Below, one piece after another: positions 11,692-19,694 of a stretch of 64,000 bases of DNA. Each line of letters opens with the position of its first letter. Within the stretch, counting starts at the first letter, position 1. A program made the position numbers and the translations under genes. The notes beneath the pieces are model-generated. The model was given only the letters and a program-made list of their open reading frames with translations, ran no database searches and was not told where the DNA came from. The DNA is from a virus. The stretch lies in IMG/VR virus record IMGVR_UViG_3300023174_000058, positions 98,188 through 162,187 of that record; one strand, written 5' to 3'.

Positions 11692-13883
11692 TGAGTAAAA
11701 AAGGCAAAAGAGCAATTTATATTAATTCAAATATATTTGCTCAAAATGTAAAACCAGAAAACTTTAATAAAGATTCGGCTGGATCGCAGATCCCTGATCC
11801 AATCCGTTATTATTCTGGTAATTTTTGGACATTTAAGAATAACAATCTTACAAAAACAGACGTTGCTCCACTTTTCAATATCGCCAAAGAAAATTTTAGT
11901 CCTGACACAATCACGCTAACTGTTGATCAAAGCAAATTTTATGAAGACACTTTTGAAAACGGCATACTTATAAAAAAATTTAATAAATCAAGTTGGTTAG
12001 ATTTTATTGAACAAACCGTTCCAGCGCAAGAGCAAATATTTGAAGACTACTATGTAAATTTTGCAGAACCTATAAATATAGCAGAAAGTGGGCAAATTGC
12101 GGAAGGTGATATAAGTTTTTTAAATAGAGAATTTATATTTAATTTTTATTCTCCTTCTTACGAAGCTCTTCTATCCGACCAAACTTTTGATGTAACAATT
12201 TTACCAACAGTATATAACGTATTAAGAAACAATCAGGTCGATATAAGAACTGAGGAAGAAAATCTAATCTTATCTCTTGGTGGGTTTATAGAATCAAATT
12301 ACGTTGATTCACTCACTACATCTAATAAAACAAACGATTTATTAAAAGAATATTTTAATCAATACGCAGAAACTTTTGTCCTACCAGACGTTGCACCTGT
12401 AAAAAAGCGCATAAGACAAACAAATTCAATTATTAATTTAAATACAGAAACATTATCACTAGTAAAAAAATTAAACAATAAATATGTTCCGTTTCCATTT
12501 TATATGCAGACAGAATTTAGTAATCTAGCTTCAGAATATAACAATCTAATTCATGTTTTAGATGATTTTGAAGGAACAAAAGACAATCTACTTTCATATA
12601 TACAAAATCAATTCAGCATTAAAACAAAAAATTTTTTGTACAGTAGCGATGATGTTACACCAACAGAATTACAATTACAAGAGTTAGATATTAAAACTTG
12701 GATAGACAGTAATATAGCAAGAACCACAGCGACTGACGTTAATATCACTCCATCTGTTGCTATATCATTTAGCCAATTAATCGATTATCTTAAAGATAAT
12801 ATAAAAATAAAAAATCGTAAATATGAAAATTTTGTAAAAGAATCATGCTTCTACGATGTTCTTTTTTATAAAATTGAAAAAAGGCAATTTAACTACAATA
12901 AACAAAATAAACCAATAAATACGTACTTTGTAACTCCAGATAAAGGTGATTTAATAAAGTTTATCGATACTCAAATAAAGTATGGGGTAGATTATTACTA
13001 TACAATCACCGCCTATACAATGGTTATCGGTTCAGAATATAATTATACGCCATATTATAACGAAACAAACAAGCTAGAAAAGCAAAGGGATATAGAAAAA
13101 GGTAAATACAAACTAAATGTAACTGCTAAACCAGCGTATAAAATACTTGAAATCCCATTTGCCAAATTCACAGGTGCAGTACATGAAAAACCATACACAA
13201 AACCTGTTATGAGCGTTTCACAGTTAGAAAATGAATTATTCTTTAGACTATTAGATTCGGATTTACAAAGCTCAGAAGAGTTTGAGATTGTTGAAAATAA
13301 TGATTTTAAGTTATTTGAAAATATAAGACTCTCTCAAGATAACGAAAATCCAAATGAAATTGTTTCTTCTATCAATAATAATGCTAATGTAAGATTACAA
13401 ATTTACAAAACAACAAATTATCCAACAAATTATTTATCTTTCCAAAATAAATTATATAAAACACTAATATTAGAAAATAACAATAAAAGCTTTATAGATA
13501 CAATCCTAGACAATACAAAATATTATTATATGTTCCGTTTTTTAAACGAGCATAATGTGCCTTCTAATGTTTCAAAAATTATAGAAGTTAAATTAATAAA
13601 TGAAGAAGGCTATTATTACTTAGAAACAAAAGACATAGATGTTAAGACGCCATATCCTAAGAAGAATTTTAAGGCTATGAAAAGATATCTTCTTGTTAGG
13701 CCAAGCGTTTTACAAGTTCAGCCACATTTCGATAAAGACATAAAAACAATAGATGATGTTTATTTAGGAACAAATCAGCAAAATGTATGGGACAAACCGT
13801 TTGTTCTTAAAATAACATCAAATAAAACAAATAGAGTTTTAAAATTTAACTTTACGGCAACATTAGATAAGAAAAAAGAATAA
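11691..13883 (+). CDS. Hypothetical virion protein with FN3-like C-terminal repeats
   Basis: 730 aa; FIDTQIKYGVDYYYTITAY and FIDTILDNTKYYYMFRF..N..PSN.S resemble fibronectin-III strands. Confidence 0.4.
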   Translation: MSKKGKRAIYINSNIFAQNVKPENFNKDSAGSQIPDPIRYYSGNFWTFKNNNLTKTDVAPLFNIAKENFSPDTITLTVDQSKFYEDTFENGILIKKFNKSSWLDFIEQTVPAQEQIFEDYYVNFAEPINIAESGQIAEGDISFLNREFIFNFYSPSYEALLSDQTFDVTILPTVYNVLRNNQVDIRTEEENLILSLGGFIESNYVDSLTTSNKTNDLLKEYFNQYAETFVLPDVAPVKKRIRQTNSIINLNTETLSLVKKLNNKYVPFPFYMQTEFSNLASEYNNLIHVLDDFEGTKDNLLSYIQNQFSIKTKNFLYSSDDVTPTELQLQELDIKTWIDSNIARTTATDVNITPSVAISFSQLIDYLKDNIKIKNRKYENFVKESCFYDVLFYKIEKRQFNYNKQNKPINTYFVTPDKGDLIKFIDTQIKYGVDYYYTITAYTMVIGSEYNYTPYYNETNKLEKQRDIEKGKYKLNVTAKPAYKILEIPFAKFTGAVHEKPYTKPVMSVSQLENELFFRLLDSDLQSSEEFEIVENNDFKLFENIRLSQDNENPNEIVSSINNNANVRLQIYKTTNYPTNYLSFQNKLYKTLILENNNKSFIDTILDNTKYYYMFRFLNEHNVPSNVSKIIEVKLINEEGYYYLETKDIDVKTPYPKKNFKAMKRYLLVRPSVLQVQPHFDKDIKTIDDVYLGTNQQNVWDKPFVLKITSNKTNRVLKFNFTATLDKKKE

Positions 13884-13918
13884 AACGACCTAATTATAAA
13901 CAGTAAAGAGGATAAATT

Positions 13919-14845
13919 ATGGCATCATTTCTAAATAATAGCGGCGATATCATCTTAGATGCCGTTTTAACAGATTACGGTAGACAACTATTAGCCAAAG
14001 GCGATGGTTCTTTTAACATAACAAAGTTTGCTTTTGGTGATGATGAAATCGATTATTCATTATGGGATGCAAATCAAACTACGGCCCTTAAAGATGTAGA
14101 GATACTAGGAACCCCAATTCTTGAAGCTTTTACAAATAATGCTGCTTCTATGAAAAGTAAGTTACTAACACTTAATATTGAAAATCTTTTATACCTCCCA
14201 ATTCTTAAATTAAATACAAATATCTTTAATACATCAAGTTTTAATTCTCAATTTACTGGTTTTGTTGTCCCAATCGATGACTCAAACAATACTACTACAA
14301 CATCATTTACGCCAACAAATTCAGTTTATTTAACTGAGGGTCTAGTTAATTACAGCAATCTATTAACGATAGACCAAGGTATTGATTCAAGCGATACCGA
14401 CAACAGAAAAAGCCTTGAGCAAGAAATTCCAGAGTTATATGAAAAAGAATATAACATTATTATGGATAATAGATTAGGTACTTTAGCATCTTCTATAAAT
14501 GGCACACCAGAGACGCCAGTAAGCATAGACGACGATAATATGGCAACATATAAAGTTTCTCTAACAAGCGCTGGCGGGTTTGTAACAAAAATCCCTGCAA
14601 ACGGAACAAGCCCAACACAAAATGCAATTATAAATGGTTATCAAGGCACAAGACTACAATTTACTGTGTTACCAACAAGAACAGTTGAAAATAACAATAT
14701 ACTCGATAGATTGGGTGAACAGTTACAAATTAATCCAATTGACCCAACTGCTTATTATAGAACTGTTCGTACATCAGTCACAGTAGTCGGTATAACAACT
14801 GGTTATTCAGTAGAAATACCTGTTTTATTTGCTAAAAAAGTTTAA
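13919..14845 (+). CDS. Virion structural protein (baseplate/fibre-attachment-like)
   Basis: LDAVLTDYGRQLLAKG..F.ITKFAFGDDEIDY motif; SD GAGG and late-promoter motif upstream. Confidence 0.55.
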   Translation: MASFLNNSGDIILDAVLTDYGRQLLAKGDGSFNITKFAFGDDEIDYSLWDANQTTALKDVEILGTPILEAFTNNAASMKSKLLTLNIENLLYLPILKLNTNIFNTSSFNSQFTGFVVPIDDSNNTTTTSFTPTNSVYLTEGLVNYSNLLTIDQGIDSSDTDNRKSLEQEIPELYEKEYNIIMDNRLGTLASSINGTPETPVSIDDDNMATYKVSLTSAGGFVTKIPANGTSPTQNAIINGYQGTRLQFTVLPTRTVENNNILDRLGEQLQINPIDPTAYYRTVRTSVTVVGITTGYSVEIPVLFAKKV

Positions 14846-14857
14846 TAGGAATATAAT

Positions 14858-15928
14858 ATGGCATCTTCATATAAATATCTTGGCACCAATGACCGTGTTG
14901 TTTCAACAACAAATTTAACTGAGCAAGTAACAGAAGCGCAAGGATCCGCATGGTCTGCAACTGGCTTACCAGTGAGCTCTCCTGTTTTTGTTAAATATGC
15001 TTCCAGCAGTTTAAATGTATTTGACGTAACAATTGGTAGAAGCAGCGAAACAACAAGCTCAAATTCAACAACGTTAGCAAGAGAACAGGCAAACTATAAC
15101 CAAATGGCAAAAGTGCTCCTTGGACACGATGCTAGCGGACAGATACTAAAGTTTAGCCTTGATGCCGATGCTAGCATCTCAAACAATATTTTGCACAATG
15201 CTATATTCCTAAATTTCGCAAGAACGCAATTTAAAGATAAAATTAAAAGCGGCACATTTAAAATTTTAGTAAATGTAAGCGGTGCATCAGATGTATATCT
15301 TTCTGATACAAGCGGAACGGTTGGTCCAACTGTCAGAGAAGCGCAAACTGGGGAAGTTGGTCTTCTTTATGTAAGCGGTGCGGCTACAACTTCTGGCCTT
15401 ACTTCATCACTAAATGTTACTGGTGGGCTTGTATTTTATGAAGCCGGTATAGCAGTTATATCTCCTTATATCTTTTCTAAATATGGAATTAATGCGCCTC
15501 CCTCTTCTTCAAATGATACTTTTGATACAAATTCAAGCGGAATATTAACTAATATTGGATATTTTAGTGGCAGTACTACGGTCGGTGCCACATTCGTAAG
15601 CAGCAGTACCCCAATTTCTGCTTCCGCTTACGGTTTCAGTAGTAATCTATTAACTGCCAGCTTCCAAGCAGTAACAGAACTAAATTCAACTGTTTATTTC
15701 TGCCGTGCATTTAATAATGAGTTTAACTATTCATCAAACCCAACCTATCTTAGCAGCAGCCAAATAATTGTCAAAGAAGGTGATCCAATGAACCAACCTG
15801 TTTCATATATAACAAGCGTTGGTTTATATGATGACAATAACCAGCTCTTAGCGGTGGCTAAGTTATCAGAACCAATCAAGAAAACCCCAGATACAGAATT
15901 AATCGCGAGAGTTCGTCTGGACTTCTAA
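14858..15928 (+). CDS. Virion structural protein, C-terminal paralog of 16194..17099
   Basis: C-terminus YITSVGLYDDNNQLLAVAKLSEPIKK..RVRLDF. Confidence 0.55.
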   Translation: MASSYKYLGTNDRVVSTTNLTEQVTEAQGSAWSATGLPVSSPVFVKYASSSLNVFDVTIGRSSETTSSNSTTLAREQANYNQMAKVLLGHDASGQILKFSLDADASISNNILHNAIFLNFARTQFKDKIKSGTFKILVNVSGASDVYLSDTSGTVGPTVREAQTGEVGLLYVSGAATTSGLTSSLNVTGGLVFYEAGIAVISPYIFSKYGINAPPSSSNDTFDTNSSGILTNIGYFSGSTTVGATFVSSSTPISASAYGFSSNLLTASFQAVTELNSTVYFCRAFNNEFNYSSNPTYLSSSQIIVKEGDPMNQPVSYITSVGLYDDNNQLLAVAKLSEPIKKTPDTELIARVRLDF

Positions 15929-15929
15929 A

Positions 15930-16115
15930 ATGAAAAACATTAACGCAACAATAAAAAATGCAGCAAAAAATACAAATACAATAAAGTTTAATAAATGGAA
16001 AGGGGTAGTCAATGGTAACATTTTTGATCCCACTCCTTATCCAACCGCTGCTGGCTGTGAAATACAACTAGATTTTAGCTGCGAAGACAATAGCCAATAT
16101 ATTGGGGTTGTTTAA
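15930..16115 (+). CDS. Small hypothetical protein
   Basis: 61 aa, starts 1 nt after the upstream stop and is followed by a terminator; C-terminus LDFSCEDNSQYIG. Confidence 0.5.
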   Translation: MKNINATIKNAAKNTNTIKFNKWKGVVNGNIFDPTPYPTAAGCEIQLDFSCEDNSQYIGVV

Positions 16116-16132
16116 AAAGAAATAAAATATAG

Positions 16133-16168
16133 TAAGCGGTGCCCACAAAGCACCGCTTATTTTATTTT
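16133..16168 (+). terminator. Rho-independent terminator
   Basis: TAAGCGGTGC-CCACAAA-GCACCGCTTA stem followed by TTTTATTTT. Confidence 0.8.
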
Positions 16169-16193
16169 GTGAAAACTATATATTATTAGATAA

Positions 16194-17099
16194 ATGCCAA
16201 ATTATATAATATATAAAGACTCTTCTCGCGCAAGACCGCGAAACGTCTCAGAAGAAGCGTATAATTCAGCCAGCTATGGCACAGAATATGTGTATTCTCC
16301 AAATGATTCACGATTTGATGCTTACTATTTTAGCAGTAGCGCACAATTTGCAAGCGAAGATCATAAAAAAATAAGATCATTAAAAAATATCGTAAATAGA
16401 CATTCTGCTTACGACGATATCTATAACATAAATAACTTTTATAATACAACCTCAAGTTTGTTAACAATAAATTCTTATTATTTGGGCTCCGGGATACAAC
16501 CGGGGACAGTTCAACTAACATTTTATTTTTCAGGTTCAATTTTAGATAGAGCCATTGATTCAAAAGAAAACGGTGTTTTATCAAGCAGTTTAAATGGTAA
16601 AGTAGGAATTGTTCTTTACAAAGAGGGCGTTATTCTATTAAACAATACTTCCTCTCTTACCGGCGTTTCTGTTAGCGTCAATAATTCAATTGATTATCCA
16701 AGGTGGACAAACTTTTTTGCTAATGATTCTCAAGACGACGACGGTCTATATTCAGATGTAGAATTCGCATATAACGAATCAGTACCAACAGCAATTTGGT
16801 ATGCTTCAGCCGATAAATATGATTTAAATCATTCAAATAATGAAACTTATATTCAATCTGGGAGCTATTCGTACGTAACAAACTCATTGGCATATTTTGA
16901 AAACAAAAAAATGGCAATAAAAAATGTAGTAAAATCGCCATTTACTAGTGGTTCTGCTCAATTTGAAAAAGAAACCTATATAACAAAAATAGGTTTATAT
17001 GATAAAGATAAAAAATTAATTGGAATTGCGTCTTTATCAAACCCAGTTAGAAAAACCGAAAATAGAGAGTTTATTTTTAAATTAAAATTAGATTTATAA
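16194..17099 (+). CDS. Virion structural protein, paralog of 14858..15928
   Basis: C-terminus YITKIGLYDKDKKLIGIASLSNPVRK..KLKLDL; shared VG.V.Y..G and N.S.N.TY motifs. Confidence 0.55.
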   Translation: MPNYIIYKDSSRARPRNVSEEAYNSASYGTEYVYSPNDSRFDAYYFSSSAQFASEDHKKIRSLKNIVNRHSAYDDIYNINNFYNTTSSLLTINSYYLGSGIQPGTVQLTFYFSGSILDRAIDSKENGVLSSSLNGKVGIVLYKEGVILLNNTSSLTGVSVSVNNSIDYPRWTNFFANDSQDDDGLYSDVEFAYNESVPTAIWYASADKYDLNHSNNETYIQSGSYSYVTNSLAYFENKKMAIKNVVKSPFTSGSAQFEKETYITKIGLYDKDKKLIGIASLSNPVRKTENREFIFKLKLDL

Positions 17100-17100
17100 A

Positions 17101-18183
17101 ATGGATAAAAAAGAACCTTTAATAGATTTAACTTATGCGTCATCCATAGAAAATGTTGATTTTGCTATCTACGATTGGTTAGATAGACAATTAAATTTAT
17201 CTTGCGATACAAAAGATGGTTTTAAAAAAGTTCCAGTTATCTGGGTAACACCTGAAAGAGCTTTTCAAATTAAACAAAATAAAGAATTTAGAGATATTAA
17301 TGGAACAATAAACCCGCCGTTAATGACGATTGAAAGAACAAATATTTTAAAAGATGTTAGAAATAACGGAACATATTATACAAACCTACCACCGAAAGAC
17401 AATAGGCAGATAATTTCAAGAAGAATAAATCAAAAGAAGACTTCTGAATTTGCTAATGCTGATTATCAAAAGCAATACGGTTATGTACAGTTTGCTAGAC
17501 CGCGTAAAAATGAAAAAGTAGTATATGAATTTAAAAGCATGTTATTGCCTGTGTATGCAACTTTTACATACAACATTAATGTATTTACACAGTTTCAACA
17601 GCAAATGAATGAAATATTACAGCCATTCCTCGCAAAAACTGGCAGTACAAGATATTTCTTGGTTGAACGAGATGGCTACAAATACGAATGCTTTATTGAA
17701 GGAAATATAGATAACAAAAATAATATAGCTTCTATGGAAGAAGAAGAGCGTAGATATATTTCTACTATTACTATAAAAGTATTAGCGAATCTTATTTCAG
17801 ATGGGAAAAATCAAGAAGATACCATTATTAAAACATTTGAAAATGCGGTTGAGCTAAAAATACCAAGAGAGTCATTAATAATCGCAAAAGAGGAGCTTAA
17901 AGCCCCTAAAGAAATAACTAAACCATTATCAGCAAATAGCGCACAATTAGTAACTTCAAATGTAGCAATTAAGAAAGTATTTACAATTGGTAATGGAATT
18001 GATTCTATTTATCAAGTTAATCACAATTTAGCTAGCAGGGATTTATATGTAATTGTAAGAGAAAATTTTGATGGTTATTCGACCGTTGAAGTTGCTATAG
18101 ACTATACAGACTTAAATCATATAGATATAGACATGGGCGATGTAATTAATACTGATTCATATGTTGTTACAATAATCGGTTAG
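17101..18183 (+). CDS. Tail terminator / sheath stabiliser (T4 gp15-like) with an extra C-terminal small beta domain
   Basis: KVPVIW..PERA, PLMTIER, P.Y...Y.I.V.T.FQQQMNEILQ pattern of gp15-like proteins; C-terminal FTIGNG..VNHNLASRD. Confidence 0.55.
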   Translation: MDKKEPLIDLTYASSIENVDFAIYDWLDRQLNLSCDTKDGFKKVPVIWVTPERAFQIKQNKEFRDINGTINPPLMTIERTNILKDVRNNGTYYTNLPPKDNRQIISRRINQKKTSEFANADYQKQYGYVQFARPRKNEKVVYEFKSMLLPVYATFTYNINVFTQFQQQMNEILQPFLAKTGSTRYFLVERDGYKYECFIEGNIDNKNNIASMEEEERRYISTITIKVLANLISDGKNQEDTIIKTFENAVELKIPRESLIIAKEELKAPKEITKPLSANSAQLVTSNVAIKKVFTIGNGIDSIYQVNHNLASRDLYVIVRENFDGYSTVEVAIDYTDLNHIDIDMGDVINTDSYVVTIIG

Positions 18184-18196
18184 TATAATTTATATA

Positions 18197-18206
18197 ACTA
18201 TTTATA
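18197..18206 (+). promoter_or_regulatory. Putative phage late promoter (ACTATTTATA)
   Basis: Copy of the CTAHTTA motif found in most intergenic gaps. Confidence 0.65.
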
Positions 18207-18222
18207 GGTTAGAGGAAATAAA

Positions 18223-19104
18223 ATGTCATTACCAGTAAAAGATGGAAATGGTTCGCTAACAGCACTAAAAACTACACTATCAGCCTCAGAACATCTACCA
18301 CATCACATCGTACAATCAGTCGCTAGTACGGTTTCTGTTACTGGTACTATTGGAGTAGGTAATTCATTAACGATTGGCACAATTTCTGATACTGTACAGC
18401 TAGAGGTAGATAACTACTCTTATCCGGGTGGGACTTACGGTGCTTTAGTGACTAAAATAACAGCTTCAAGCGGAGATCCCGTACATGTTTCGGCTTCTAA
18501 GAGCAATCCAGTTTTCGTTGTTTCCGATAGTGATAAGCCAGTTTATGTATATAGCGAAGACGGTAAACCAGTTTTCGTTACAAGCTCAGAAGGTCGTGTT
18601 GTTTTCGTTTCAGCTTCAGCAAACAGCCCAGTTTCAGTTACTTCAAGCGCGAATAAGCCAATTTATGTTACAAATGATTCATATTATCCTGTTTATGTTA
18701 CATCTTCAGAATCTTATCCTGTAACAACTAAAGAAAAGTTACCAAGCTTAATAGTAAGAGCCAATTTTTCAACTTTTGCTGGTACTATCAACTGGGCTGC
18801 AACCGGTTCTTCAAACATTAGCGGAACATTTATTTTAGCAGATTCTTCTTCTACTAGAAGGGGTCTTATGTTTGCCAACAACACAAACAAAGATTTGTAT
18901 ATTGCACTTGGGAATACTGATTTTGCAAGTACGAATGGGTTTTTATTATCAAATACGGCTTCTGCCCCAATAGCCTATTCTTTTGTTCTTTATCCATCTG
19001 GGACGTATTTTGCAGAGCCATCTTTTGCTGGAATAAAGCATAGTGGTTTCTTTGTTAGCTCATCTAACATAGATGTTCAAGTCAACGTATTTAAAACAGA
19101 GTAA
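18223..19104 (+). CDS. Virion fibre/decoration protein with 10-aa PVxV repeats
   Basis: About nine tandem PV[FYH]V.S repeats; C-terminal RRGLMFANNT..LYIALG domain; own promoter motif and SD GAGG. Confidence 0.5.
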   Translation: MSLPVKDGNGSLTALKTTLSASEHLPHHIVQSVASTVSVTGTIGVGNSLTIGTISDTVQLEVDNYSYPGGTYGALVTKITASSGDPVHVSASKSNPVFVVSDSDKPVYVYSEDGKPVFVTSSEGRVVFVSASANSPVSVTSSANKPIYVTNDSYYPVYVTSSESYPVTTKEKLPSLIVRANFSTFAGTINWAATGSSNISGTFILADSSSTRRGLMFANNTNKDLYIALGNTDFASTNGFLLSNTASAPIAYSFVLYPSGTYFAEPSFAGIKHSGFFVSSSNIDVQVNVFKTE

Positions 19105-19108
19105 AAAA

Positions 19109-19579
19109 ATGTCAATTTCATATCCAATCCCATCAGGCGGCGGCGGCACAGTAATTATAAGTCAACGCGCACAATATGCAATCCCCGCAACAATTAATAC
19201 TAACTTTCCGATAGTAGTAAGCGGAGCTACTACTCCAACAGAGATAGCTACAATTTTTGTTCCTCCTACTTATCTTTACCAAATGTCCGGTAGCTACAAT
19301 CTTATAGCTATTGGGTATATTACTGGCGCTTCTGGCATAACAGGCTCGCTTGAAATTACTTCATATGATACACATAACGTTTTTTTAACAGAATATGCTC
19401 CACTTGGCGATAATTCTGCTATGGCTCTTAGGTTCACGGGCAGCTCAGATTATTTTACTTTAAACTATCCACTTAACATTGGGGCTGATTACGGAGCATC
19501 CCTCCCAGTAATGTTTTCTGGTTCTGTTTCAAACTACACGGCAAGCATTTATGGCTTTTATTTAAGCCCAACCGTATAG
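19109..19579 (+). CDS. Hypothetical virion protein (likely start 19109, MSISYPIPSGGGG)
   Basis: In-frame ATG 4 nt after the upstream stop; S/T/G rich. Confidence 0.45.
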   Translation: MSISYPIPSGGGGTVIISQRAQYAIPATINTNFPIVVSGATTPTEIATIFVPPTYLYQMSGSYNLIAIGYITGASGITGSLEITSYDTHNVFLTEYAPLGDNSAMALRFTGSSDYFTLNYPLNIGADYGASLPVMFSGSVSNYTASIYGFYLSPTV

Positions 19580-19614
19580 TATATCATATCATTGGGAATA
19601 ATTTAAATTTTAAT

Positions 19615-19624
19615 ACTAATTATT
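19615..19624 (+). promoter_or_regulatory. Putative phage late promoter (ACTAATTATT)
   Basis: Recurrent motif upstream of the repeat fibre gene. Confidence 0.6.
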
Positions 19625-19694
19625 ATAACGCTGGTAATTTGCGTAAGCAAGTTCTGGCGTTTATTATTGCCTATTGGCAGGAGGATAACCATTT

